32,000 nucleotides of DNA, from NCBI RefSeq assembly GCF_000017305.1, contig NC_009806.1:150573-182572 (forward strand), read 5' to 3'. Under the pieces are notes generated by a model, which ran no database searches, was not told the DNA's origin, and was given only the letters and a program-made list of their open reading frames with translations. Below are positions 8,757 through 16,249 of the stretch, in pieces (the first letter of the stretch is position 1; every line of letters starts with the position of its first letter). The translations under genes and the position numbers were made by a program. This DNA is from Kineococcus radiotolerans SRS30216 = ATCC BAA-149 (GTDB lineage Bacteria; Actinomycetota; Actinomycetes; Actinomycetales; Kineococcaceae).

Positions 8757-8798
8757 GTCGCTGTCGGTGCCGAGCAACTAGAACCATAGCACGCTAGG
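8757..8798 (-). promoter_or_regulatory. Conserved promoter/leader module, copy B
   Basis: Minus strand reads CCTAGCGTGCTATGGTT...GACAGCGACCGG. The -10-like hexamer lies 66 nt upstream of the whiB ATG. Confidence 0.6.
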
Positions 8799-9060
8799 TC
8801 TGTCGTCGCAGCAATCCTCCTTGTGTCCTGTCTTACCCAGGTAGGTGCCGCTGACGGCACTGCTGTGACAGGTGCAGCACCCAATCTCGGCATTGGGTCG
8901 GCGGTGCACGGTCATCGGCCGGGTTGTCCGGTAGGGCCCTGTCGCTTCTACCGGCCAGACTGGCCAGCCCTCGCCTCTGCCGTGGTGGCCCGTCGTGAAC
9001 GCCCCGTGTGCGCTGTCCACAGGCGGATCGCGCCGTCACTCGAGGCGAAGGTCATCCGCG

Positions 9061-9303
9061 ATGATCGGCCGCGTGCAGAAGATGGCCGTCGAACAGTGGT
9101 GGACTCAGGCCGACCCCGTCACTCGGATCCGTGCGCTGCGACTCGAGGCAGCGGACTTGCTGCCCGAAGACATGCAGGTCGACCTAGCGATGGCCGGAGT
9201 CACGGTGAGCGCCATCGGTTGCGGATGGGACCAGCAGCCTGAGGGGTACTGGGTGCCTCAAGTCCTGTGGGACTTCTTGCGAGCCCGTGACCACGACGAC
9301 TGA
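9061..9303 (+). CDS. Hypothetical small protein (one of the few plus-strand genes in the island)
   Basis: Coding-like sequence MIGRVQKMAVEQWWTQADPVTRIRAL...; GAAGG upstream. The start is uncertain (9061 or 9082). Confidence 0.4.
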   Translation: MIGRVQKMAVEQWWTQADPVTRIRALRLEAADLLPEDMQVDLAMAGVTVSAIGCGWDQQPEGYWVPQVLWDFLRARDHDD

Positions 9304-9315
9304 CCGGCCACTGGA

Positions 9316-9337
9316 GGGAAACCGCCGCGGGCTTCCC
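9316..9337. terminator. Stem-loop between convergent genes
   Basis: In GGGAAACCGCCGCGGGCTTCCC, GGGAA/TTCCC pairs and an inner CC/GG pair extends the stem. Confidence 0.35.
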
Positions 9338-9396
9338 GACGGTCCGCGAAGACGTCAGGAAGTCCGCTTCATCCTCGATGGGAGAACCTGAGCAAC

Positions 9397-10446
9397 TCAC
9401 TCGTTCGGGGCCGGAAGCGGCGGCTGGGAAGGAGGGACGGTTGTGAGAGCCGCCTTGGCCTCGCACCGGTCTGGTTCGTTCTCGGCCCACACCTGGTCGA
9501 AGTCGGGTCCGACCCAGGCCGTCACACAGGTCCGAGAACGAAGCATCAGCGCTGCTGTCGCGTAGCGCTCATCTGATGCCACCTGGATGCCGGCGGCGGA
9601 CGGCGACGCGGTCGAGCTCAACGCCTGACGGAGCCGCTCCTGAGCTGTCCACGACGCAGAAGCGTTGGCCCGCAATGCATCCTGCAAAGCGGCGACCTGC
9701 AGCTGCCCAACCCCCGACCACGGCCAGCCGATCTGATCGATCTGGCGCAGCGATGCAGCCTTGAGGTCAGAGCTGAGCTGCTCACCGGTGTTCAGATCAA
9801 CATCGCTCGACCGGGCTGCACAATCACGAGCCCAGGCCGCGTTCCGCTTCTCCTTGCTCATGAAGGAGGCGGGGGAGAACAGGCCGTCGTCCAGGCTGGG
9901 CTTCGTGTCGGGATCCAAGGTGCTGACGCTGACGGTGCGGGCACCGTCGATCCCCTTCGTCGTAGCGGGAGTCACGGTCAAGAGCCGGCAGACGTGCACC
10001 GTCTCGGTGGGTTGCCACGAGTGCAGGGTGAGGCGCTGCCACCACTTGACGTCGTGATCGTTGGCCACCGTGAAGTCCAGCACCGCGCGAAATCCCCGCG
10101 CTGCAGCTGGAGCATCCGCGCCGCTGTACCCCGGGGCCACGACTTCGGACAGCGACACGCTTGCGCCAGACGCGGCGAAGGTGGCCTGCTGATCCGCACC
10201 GCCCGCCCCGGCGACGACGCGTGCCGCGGCTGCCCCCGCCACCTCATCGAACCTGCTGGTCGCAGGCTCATGGAAGGACGCAGTCGGACCGGCGATGAAG
10301 GCGACGCCCGCGAGGAAGAGACCCACGGCTGCGGCGCCGGCCGCGACAAGAGCAGCGTCGCCCGAGACGCTAAGTCTGCTGCCTCGCTTCCGGTTCTGGG
10401 GGGCGGACTTGCTGAGGTCGGTTCGTTCCACGGGCTGATCGATCAC
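9397..10446 (-). CDS. Membrane-anchored hypothetical protein (single N-terminal TM helix)
   Basis: AALVAAGAAAVGLFLAGVAFIAG is a TM segment followed by a large extracytoplasmic-looking domain. The GTG start overlaps the upstream stop (GTGA at 10443-10446). Confidence 0.6.
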   Translation of the reverse strand: MIDQPVERTDLSKSAPQNRKRGSRLSVSGDAALVAAGAAAVGLFLAGVAFIAGPTASFHEPATSRFDEVAGAAAARVVAGAGGADQQATFAASGASVSLSEVVAPGYSGADAPAAARGFRAVLDFTVANDHDVKWWQRLTLHSWQPTETVHVCRLLTVTPATTKGIDGARTVSVSTLDPDTKPSLDDGLFSPASFMSKEKRNAAWARDCAARSSDVDLNTGEQLSSDLKAASLRQIDQIGWPWSGVGQLQVAALQDALRANASASWTAQERLRQALSSTASPSAAGIQVASDERYATAALMLRSRTCVTAWVGPDFDQVWAENEPDRCEAKAALTTVPPSQPPLPAPNE

Positions 10447-10793
10447 AAGTCTTCGGGTCCTTCCGTGCTCTTGACGTCACGACTCAGGTAGCGGTGGAGC
10501 ATCTGCCGATCCAGTTCGCGGATCGGCTTGGTCACCGCCGCCGTTTCACGGGGGAGGTTGACGGCGTCGGGCCATCCGGTCAGGCTCACCGGCGCAGCGC
10601 CTCCAGGGCCACCGCCGGCCGCCGTGACCGCCGGTTCTCTGAGGTGCCGGTCTTGATCGGTGCACTCGCTGCCGCTGGGAGCATGGTGGGTGAGGATGCG
10701 GTGGCCCATCGAGGACGCCTCGTCTCGTCTGCAGGGGGTGGTATCGATGGAAGGTGTCGGTGCAGGTGGCGGCGAGCGGTGCGCGCCGCTCAC
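10443..10793 (-). CDS. Hypothetical protein, coupled at both ends
   Basis: GTGA overlaps at 10790-10793 and 10443-10446. GC3 counted by hand is about 70-85%. No recognisable domain. Confidence 0.4.
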   Translation of the reverse strand: MSGAHRSPPPAPTPSIDTTPCRRDEASSMGHRILTHHAPSGSECTDQDRHLREPAVTAAGGGPGGAAPVSLTGWPDAVNLPRETAAVTKPIRELDRQMLHRYLSRDVKSTEGPEDL

Positions 10794-11407
10794 GTCGAGC
10801 GCGGTTCCTTGGCTGCCGCCTGAGCGGCGGACACCCCGTCGTCGTAATCGTCGATGTGGATCCCGCCCGTGGGGTCATAGCGGCCGCCGACGTGGTCGGG
10901 GTCGTAAGCCATGAAGACCACGTCGGGGCGCCCGCCGTTGTAGGCGGAGTAGGTCTCGTAGCTCCACCCGTCGGGGGCGTACTCGTCGTTCCACCGCAGC
11001 CTCGCAGTCGGGACGAAGCCGGCAGCGGAGTAGACGCGAGGGAGGACGGTGTCGAAGCAGTCCAGGCGTCGGCCCCCGGCGGCGACGGCGGTGGCGAGCA
11101 TGGACTCAGCGCACCCGCGGTGCTCTCCGTCGGCGCGGGAGAACACCGAGACGATCTCGTCGCCCTTCAAGGCCACGCCGGAGCGGCCGTCGTCGGTGAC
11201 CAGCAGGCGCATCTGGGCGTACTCCTGCTCGGAGTAGACGTAGACCGACGCCGCGTAGGGAGTGCTCGACGCCAGTGCCGCGATCGAGTCGCGGTAGGCG
11301 CCGGCGTCCGCTGGCGCGAGCTCGTGCAGGGTCGGAGTGGACTTGCCCTGGGCGCGCAGCCGTGCGGCGAGGTCTTCAGGCGGTTGGTGCACCGCGATGG
11401 GCTGCAC
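10790..11407 (-). CDS. GNAT-like acetyltransferase-fold protein (C-terminal part of track ORF 10790-12046)
   Basis: GVALKGDEIVSVFSRADGEHRGCAESMLATAVAAGGRRLDCFDTVLPRVYSAAGFVPTARLRWNDEYAPDGW resembles the GNAT core. The frame becomes high-GC3 only below ~11425. Start is GTG 11407, or CTG 11425 overlapping the upstream stop. Confidence 0.45.
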   Translation of the reverse strand: MQPIAVHQPPEDLAARLRAQGKSTPTLHELAPADAGAYRDSIAALASSTPYAASVYVYSEQEYAQMRLLVTDDGRSGVALKGDEIVSVFSRADGEHRGCAESMLATAVAAGGRRLDCFDTVLPRVYSAAGFVPTARLRWNDEYAPDGWSYETYSAYNGGRPDVVFMAYDPDHVGGRYDPTGGIHIDDYDDGVSAAQAAAKEPRST

Positions 11408-11421
11408 CGATCGCCCGTCGA

Positions 11422-12016
11422 TCAGAAGCCGATCAGGAGCGCCTCCTCGATCGCCCCGTCCGACCACTGCGCCTCGATCGTCTCCCGCTGCGCCTGGGGC
11501 AGCTCCGGGCGCCAGCCCTGCCGCCGCAGGAACGCCTCGCGCTCCTCCGGCGTCAGGCGACTGGCCGCGGGACGGTGCTGCGGGCTGGTGGGTTCGGTCA
11601 CGGTCGTTTCCCTGCTCTCTGGTGTCGGTCGTGCTGCTGGCTGTGCTGCTGGTCGTGCCGCTGGGCGACTCGGTGCTGGTGGTCAGGGTGGAGGAAGACT
11701 CCGGCTGGGTCACCTCGGCGGCAGCAGCTCGCGCTGCAGCGCGTCGCTGGCGACCCTCCGCCAGGCGCTGCCGCAGGTGCTCCCGCTCTGCCGCTGTTCC
11801 CTCGACGTCGCCGTGCTCCAGTCGCTGCTGCAGGTCACGCTGCCCGGCGGGGGTGGAGTCGAAGTCCCGTTGGGCGTCCCGGTGACGCTGCAGCGCCTGC
11901 TGCCGTGACGGACCGTCGACACCGGCCTCCTCCAGCTCCTGTAGGCGCGCAGCAGCGGCCTCCAGGCGGTGCCGCCCATGGGCTGAGCAGCGCGGCCCAG
12001 GCTTCTTCTGACACAT
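11422..12016 (-). pseudogene. Frameshifted gene: Cys/His-containing N-terminus, coiled region, S/T-rich linker, then a 59-codon tail in the +1 frame
   Basis: ATG at 12016 with GAGGAAGGG upstream. Frame 0 is coding down to about 11615. Below that, the +1 frame has 56/59 G/C at third positions (...LTPEEREAFLRRQGWRPELPQAQRETIEAQWSDGAIEEALLIGF, stop 11422-11424) versus about 55% in frame 0. Total length is 595 nt, not a multiple of 3. Confidence 0.5.
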
Positions 12017-12125
12017 CGTCTTCGCCCTTCCTCGGTCTCGGTTCACCTCGGTAGGTGCTCCTGGGCCCTCGGGTGTGACAGGAGAAGGCCGCGGCCCATC
12101 ACCGCGTCGCTTGGCCAGCTCGTTC

Positions 12126-12157
12126 GAGCCGCGAGCCGCGAGCCGAGAGCCGCGAGG
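12126..12157. repeat. Heptamer tandem repeat GAGCCGC, 4 copies plus a partial copy
   Basis: Reads GAGCCGC GAGCCGC GAGCCGA GAGCCGC GAGG, within a 300-bp non-coding gap. Confidence 0.8.
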
Positions 12158-12262
12158 TGCTGAGGGAGGGGTGCCGCCGGTGGCGGGGGTGCGTCAGGTC
12201 TGGTGGGCAGGTGCTGGCGCCTGGGGCGGGGCGCTGCCCTCCTTCCGCCGGGGCTGGCGGTA

Positions 12263-12301
12263 GGTGCAGCGGGGGGCTGGTCGTCCGCCTGCCGCTGCAC
12301 C
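12263..12301 (-). terminator. 10-bp perfect stem-loop downstream of gene 12353-12601
   Basis: GGTGCAGCGG (12263-12272) pairs with CCGCTGCACC (12292-12301). The loop is 19 nt and there is no U-tract. Confidence 0.4.
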
Positions 12302-12352
12302 TGGCGTTGACCTCCGGGAGGGGAGTACCGCGGGGTAGCCGTTGCTGCCTGG

Positions 12353-12601
12353 TCACGGCCTCGGATGGCGCCACGCGGCGCTCGCGGCCCGGTAGGCCGC
12401 CTCCAAACGCCGCGCGAGGTCGTCAAGTGCTGGTTCGACGGCTCGGTCGAGGGCGATGCCGGCGAGGGTCACCAGCGTGAGCAGGAGGAGGAGGGCGGCG
12501 AGCGCGATCAGGCGGCGACGCCGGTACATGCGCTGACGCTCGAGGCCGGTGGGGCTGGCCAGCAGGTAGGGGTGGGCGGCGGGTCGGGTGGGCTGGAACA
12601 T
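12353..12601 (-). CDS. Small membrane protein
   Basis: 82 aa. RRRRLIALAALLLLLTLVTLAGIAL is a TM helix. GC3 is very high and AGGAG lies 9 nt upstream of the ATG. Confidence 0.6.
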   Translation of the reverse strand: MFQPTRPAAHPYLLASPTGLERQRMYRRRRLIALAALLLLLTLVTLAGIALDRAVEPALDDLARRLEAAYRAASAAWRHPRP

Positions 12602-12764
12602 GGGAGCGGTCTCCTGACCTGAGGGGTGGGTCGGCCTACGGGGGGTGGGGAGCAGCTGGGCGTCGTGCGAGGACGACGTCGCCGGGAGCAGGGGCCCGCG
12701 CGGTGGTTGCGGTGAACGGGTCTGGCTGTGGGGGCTGGTCTCGCCGGGTCAGCGGTCCTCGGGG

Positions 12765-13070
12765 TCAGCGGTCCTTAGGGAGAAGGACGGTGGTGACCGA
12801 ACGGTCGGCCTCGGTGATGACCCAGAAGGTCTGGTCGTCGATGTCGTAGGCGGAGAACAGGAGCTGACCGCTGTGGACGGCCTGCTCGTTCATGGCGGCG
12901 TACTCCGCGCTGATGCTGCCCCAGTCTCCGCTGGCGTGGCGGGTGAGCAGTCCAGCGATGTCGGTGGGGCCGTGCTGGCGGGTGCGGAGCCAGCGGCGGA
13001 CGCTGGCCGTCATCACCAGGTGTCCGGTCTGCACTCGCGGGGTCGGGGTGCTGGGGGCGGTGGCGTCCAC
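12765..13070 (-). CDS. Small plasmid-type protein with GDWG and ITEADRSxTTxLLPxx motifs
   Basis: LLTRHASGDWGS...FWVITEADRSVTTVLLPKDR matches, from memory, a small-protein family common on conjugative plasmids. GTG at 13070 with AGGAGGA 5 nt upstream. Confidence 0.6.
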   Translation of the reverse strand: MDATAPSTPTPRVQTGHLVMTASVRRWLRTRQHGPTDIAGLLTRHASGDWGSISAEYAAMNEQAVHSGQLLFSAYDIDDQTFWVITEADRSVTTVLLPKDR

Positions 13071-13107
13071 GGTGTCCTCCTGGTTGATGGTGCCGGGTGA
13101 CGATCGG

Positions 13108-13146
13108 GTCGCTGTCCGATCGACCTGTAAACCATAGCACGCTAGG
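13108..13146 (-). promoter_or_regulatory. Conserved promoter/leader module, copy C
   Basis: Minus strand reads CCTAGCGTGCTATGGTTT...CGGACAGCGACCCG. It ends 2 nt short of the stop codon (13148-13150) of the upstream gene. Confidence 0.65.
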
Positions 13147-13147
13147 T

Positions 13148-13726
13148 CTAGGCGAGGAAAGAGTGCCCGGTTGACGCGGCCTTTGCTCGCAGCGCGTCGC
13201 GTGTTCCTTCGATGTCCCGCCCGCCGGCCAGGCGCCGGTCCGGGTCGAGCGCCAGCAGCTCCAACAGCGCAGTCGCAGCCCCCGCGTGGTCACCGCCTCG
13301 GGCGGCCGTCAGGGCGGCCGCCTCCAGTTGCGCTGCGGCGTGCGAGCGCCGCTCTGCCCGCCGGGCCCTTTCTGCCTCGGTGAGGGTGAGCAGGTCGACG
13401 TGCTCGCTGAGGTAGGCGGCGGCGACCGACGTCACGTCCTGGGCGCTGAGTCCCGTCGGCGCTTGACGCCCCCACGCGTTGCCCACGGCCGCCGCAGCGT
13501 CGTAGAGCGCGGCGTGGCTGAGGTGGTCGGCCTCGAGGTGGCCCGGCTTCGTCTGGGCGCTGTCCAGGGCATCATCGTTGCCGGCGTCGTTGCCGGCGTC
13601 GTTGCCGGCGTCGTGGTGGCTGGCGTAGCTGGGTGCAGCGTGGGTCTCGGCGAGGATCGCCAGCCGTGCCCGGGCCTTGGGGGACAGGCTGGGCAGCAGG
13701 CACTCGCCTATGGGGAAGCGGGACAC
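13148..13726 (-). CDS. Hypothetical protein with an in-frame DAGN x3 repeat
   Basis: GTG at 13726 with GGAGG 5 nt upstream. Alanine-rich helical sequence. Contains the 12-bp triplication at 13576-13614. Confidence 0.55.
   Translation of the reverse strand: MSRFPIGECLLPSLSPKARARLAILAETHAAPSYASHHDAGNDAGNDAGNDDALDSAQTKPGHLEADHLSHAALYDAAAAVGNAWGRQAPTGLSAQDVTSVAAAYLSEHVDLLTLTEAERARRAERRSHAAAQLEAAALTAARGGDHAGAATALLELLALDPDRRLAGGRDIEGTRDALRAKAASTGHSFLA
13576..13614. repeat. 12-bp tandem repeat CGTTGCCGGCGT, about 3.2 copies, in frame (DAGN)
   Basis: Units at 13576-13587, 13588-13599 and 13600-13611. Confidence 0.85.
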
Positions 13727-13835
13727 GGTGACCTCCGGGGTGTGATGGGGAGTAGATCAGCGGTGGTGGGCGCCTGGGGGAGTGGGCGCGCAGGTCGCGG
13801 CGAGCCCGACCTGTTGGTGCCGACTGGCGGAGAGT

Positions 13836-13871
13836 CACCCGGCGGCCGCGGGACGCCGCGGCCGCCGGGTG
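13836..13871 (-). terminator. 16-bp perfect GC-rich palindromic stem-loop directly after gene 13879-14292
   Basis: CACCCGGCGGCCGCGG-GACG-CCGCGGCCGCCGGGTG. It begins 8 nt past the stop and has no U-tract. Confidence 0.55.
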
Positions 13872-13878
13872 GGGCCGG

Positions 13879-14292
13879 TCAGTAGGCCGCTTGCGTCACG
13901 TCGGCGCCGAGGGCGCCGGCCTGCTCGTAGATGTCGCTCAGGCTGACCGTGCGTTCCTCGCCGCGGCTGTTGATCGCCACCGTATAGCCGATGAAGTAGC
14001 GCAGGTTCTCGGCACTGACCTCCATGAAGATCGCCACCGATCCTTCGGCCAGCCACTGCGAGACGTGGGCCGGCACTTCCAGGTCGATCACTTCGTCGGA
14101 GCCCTCGACGGCGATGCTGCTCGGCCAGCTCCCGTCGGGGCTGTTGCTCACCAGACCCGCCCGCAGGGGGTTGTCGTCGGTGGTGATGACCTCCATGCCG
14201 GTGGCCGCGGCGAAGTCGGCGAGCGCGCTGCGAGCGGCCTCATCACGCAGGAGGAAGTAGTTGCTGCGTGCCTTGGCGTGGTAGTCGGCCAT
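13879..14292 (-). CDS. Hypothetical protein
   Basis: ATG at 14292 (MADYHAKARSNYFLLRDEAARS...). The N-terminal extension in track ORF 13879-14373 comes from reading through the conserved module. Confidence 0.6.
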   Translation of the reverse strand: MADYHAKARSNYFLLRDEAARSALADFAAATGMEVITTDDNPLRAGLVSNSPDGSWPSSIAVEGSDEVIDLEVPAHVSQWLAEGSVAIFMEVSAENLRYFIGYTVAINSRGEERTVSLSDIYEQAGALGADVTQAAY

Positions 14293-14340
14293 GAGGTGCC
14301 GGTCCCTTCGGGGGTTCTGGTTGGAGTGGGGTGCTGGAGG

Positions 14341-14379
14341 GTCGCTGTCCCCCAACACCTCAAACAATAGCACACTATG
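14341..14379 (-). promoter_or_regulatory. Conserved promoter/leader module, copy D
   Basis: Minus strand reads CATAGTGTGCTATTGTTTGAGGTGTTGGGGGACAGCGACCC. Confidence 0.65.
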
Positions 14380-14462
14380 TACGTCGTGAGGTCAGTTCAG
14401 CGAACTCACTGCGTGCGCTCCTTGTGAGCGCCGGCGCACCGCGAGAGGGGTGCTCGGCCAGC

Positions 14463-14579
14463 TCAGGTAGCGCGACGGGCCAGCTCGGCGGCGACGTCAC
14501 GGGCCAGGACGCGCAGCGCGGCGACCGACAGGTGCGCCACCTCGGCGGTCTCTCCCACCGTCAGGCAGTAGGAGTTCAC
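14463..14579 (-). CDS. Mini helix-turn-helix protein (excisionase/MerR-like HTH), 38 aa
   Basis: The GTG start overlaps the upstream stop (GTGA at 14576-14579). LTVGETAEVAHLSVAALRVLARD is HTH-like. Very short, so tentative. Confidence 0.35.
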   Translation of the reverse strand: MNSYCLTVGETAEVAHLSVAALRVLARDVAAELARRAT

Positions 14580-14917
14580 CCCTGCTCGGCGAGCGGGGTG
14601 AACTCCTGGGGGCCGGCGACGACCAGGACCAGGCCGCTCGCCTCGTCGTGCTGGGACTGGTCGAACACCCGCCCGCACCGCTGGCAGGCGAAGTGCTTCC
14701 CGTCCCATCCGTGGTCCATTTCGACCGCGTTGGTGTCGGAATTGGCGAACCCGTCACCTCGGCCGATGTCGGTCCCGCACACGCACGTCATGCTCTCCAG
14801 GTCGTCCGGGATCTCGCACCGGCCGTACTCGGCCTCCTGGACGGCGGCCGCGGCTGCGACCGCGTCGCCGGCGCTGGCGAGAATGGCGGCGCGGGGGATG
14901 GGGGTCTCGGTGCTCAT
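14576..14917 (-). CDS. Hypothetical Cys-rich (possible zinc-ribbon) protein
   Basis: The CEIP...CVCG...CQRCG cysteine pairs are present. ATG at 14917 with GAGGAG 6 nt upstream. Confidence 0.55.
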   Translation of the reverse strand: MSTETPIPRAAILASAGDAVAAAAAVQEAEYGRCEIPDDLESMTCVCGTDIGRGDGFANSDTNAVEMDHGWDGKHFACQRCGRVFDQSQHDEASGLVLVVAGPQEFTPLAEQG

Positions 14918-14999
14918 CGGGTGCTCCTCGTGTTCGTGCCGGGTGGTGCGGGGTGCCCGGTCCGCGTCGGCGCGGGTCGGGCAAGGGGTGGAGCTGTGG

Positions 15000-15185
15000 T
15001 CAGGCGACGGCCGGGCCGATGATCCATGCGCTTGGGCCGTGCTCGGCGTACGGGGCGAGGTCCGCGTAGGTCACGCCGTGCGCGGCGAGACCGCGGCGGG
15101 TGACCCGGCCCTCGTCGACTGCGGCGGCCAGGGCTGCGAGCTGCTGCGAGGCGGCGGCGGGGGCCTTGTCCAGGGCGGTGGTCAC
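15000..15185 (-). CDS. Hypothetical small protein
   Basis: GTG at 15185 with AGGAG 6 nt upstream. The upstream part of track ORF 15000-15254 looks non-coding. Confidence 0.45.
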   Translation of the reverse strand: MTTALDKAPAAASQQLAALAAAVDEGRVTRRGLAAHGVTYADLAPYAEHGPSAWIIGPAVA

Positions 15186-15238
15186 GGCGTGCTCCTGACT
15201 CGGGGTCGTGCGCGGGTGTGGGGCGGCAGTGCGATCCG

Positions 15239-15266
15239 CCGGCCGCCGCGTCACCGCGGCGGCCGG
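15239..15266 (-). terminator. 12-bp perfect GC palindrome with a 4-nt loop, after gene 15277-16116
   Basis: CCGGCCGCCGCG-TCAC-CGCGGCGGCCGG, 10 nt past the stop codon. Confidence 0.5.
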
Positions 15267-15276
15267 GGCGTGCAGG

Positions 15277-16116
15277 TCAGTGGTCGTCGCGGTCCGCGTC
15301 GACGTACAGGTCGACGGTCAGGCGGGCCGGGCCGCGGCCGGACTCGCGTGCCCACTCCTCGACCATGCTGGCGGCGACTCCTTCGGCCTGCTCGATCGTC
15401 GTCGCGCCAGCCTCGGCCCACGTCATCGCGGCGACGTACGCACCGGAGTCGATCGGAAGGGTGTGCTCGGGGTCGTAGATGGCGATGACGCGGCGGTCCA
15501 GGTCGGGAAGTGTCCTGCCGTGCAGATCGTCCGCGACGGCGGGCTCGTCGTCCTCGCCGTCGTCCTCCTCTTCGTCGTCGTTTTCGTCCTCGTCCCAGCC
15601 CTCGGGCTCCGCACCCAGTCGCATGGCCTCAGGACTCACGCCGTCTTCGGCGGCAGCGAACTGGATGCCGTCATGGTGGGAGAGCGCGTCGATCAGGTCG
15701 CTTGCGGCATCGCCCCGCACGACGGTGACGACGGTGATGTAGGCGGGTTCTCCATCCTGCGTGGCGTCCGGGTCATGCACGTCGTCCCCACATCCGTCCC
15801 CGGCCGTGGCATCCACCCAGGCGCCCTGCAGGTCCTCGTGGACGGTTGTGCCGCACCGCCCGCACGGCTTCTCGGGGGCCTGGCGGATCGTGACGGTCTC
15901 GGTGGAGGGGAGGGGCTCGCCGTTCTCGCGGAGCACGATCGTCCAGGTGTCGTCCCCGTCGTCGGTGATGGTCACCTCGTCGTAGGTGGTGGGCGGGTAG
16001 ACCTCGGCGCGCATCTCACTCCACGCGGTGAGGGCGGCCTCGCGGGTGGGGTGCTGCTCTTCGTGGAGCGTCGCGTTGAACGTGTCCGCGTCCGAGACGG
16101 TGAGCGTGTGGGTCAT
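15277..16116 (-). CDS. Highly acidic hypothetical protein
   Basis: ATG at 16116 with GGAGG 7 nt upstream. Contains EGWDEDENDDEEEDDGEDDEP and many further D/E residues, plus a CGRCG...C...H cluster. Confidence 0.65.
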   Translation of the reverse strand: MTHTLTVSDADTFNATLHEEQHPTREAALTAWSEMRAEVYPPTTYDEVTITDDGDDTWTIVLRENGEPLPSTETVTIRQAPEKPCGRCGTTVHEDLQGAWVDATAGDGCGDDVHDPDATQDGEPAYITVVTVVRGDAASDLIDALSHHDGIQFAAAEDGVSPEAMRLGAEPEGWDEDENDDEEEDDGEDDEPAVADDLHGRTLPDLDRRVIAIYDPEHTLPIDSGAYVAAMTWAEAGATTIEQAEGVAASMVEEWARESGRGPARLTVDLYVDADRDDH

Positions 16117-16139
16117 GGTTTGCCTCCGGTGGATGGGGG

Positions 16140-16178
16140 GTCGCTGTCCTCCAACGCAACAAACCATAGCACACTAGT
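16140..16178 (-). promoter_or_regulatory. Conserved promoter/leader module, copy E
   Basis: Minus strand reads ACTAGTGTGCTATGGTTTGTTGCGTTGGAGGACAGCGACCCCCC. The -10-like hexamer lies 47 nt upstream of the ATG. Confidence 0.7.
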
Positions 16179-16249
16179 AAAGACGGTGAGCGGCGCCCGC
16201 GAAGCAATCCCCGCGTTGTGCCCCGTACGAAGCAGGCATGTTCAAGCTT

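Noticed and set aside
8431-8787. Upstream two-thirds of the 235-aa ORF 8080-8787, and likewise of ORF 25055-26107
   Set aside because: These parts overlap the well-supported WhiB gene (or gene 25531-26175) in another frame and translate to Arg/Pro-rich low-complexity sequence. Only the distal parts, starting at coupled or SD-preceded start codons, look coding.
11606-11612. Programmed -1 ribosomal frameshift at G GGA AAC
   Set aside because: The heptamer is in the correct phase. However, the -1 frame reads GGG AAA CGA CCG TGA and terminates at once. The downstream high-GC3 frame is +1, not -1, so a classical -1 PRF cannot produce the observed coding continuity.
10754-11908. 384-aa plus-strand ORF and other long plus-strand ORFs inside the island (for example 15208-16275, 22498-23268, 28020-28940)
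   Set aside because: They are antisense to coherent minus-strand genes, Gly/Arg/Val-rich, and lack SD sequences and recognisable motifs.
14293-14373. N-terminal extensions such as MLLFEVLGDSDPP, MLWFVVLEDSDPP, MVCCVGGQRPPI and MLLVCYGSRVGG on ORFs 13879-14373, 21405-21815, 15277-16167, 26722-27195, 23269-24114 and others
   Set aside because: These similar peptides arise from translating the conserved DNA module in different frames. The frame relative to the downstream gene is not conserved, and each real gene has its own SD and start further downstream.
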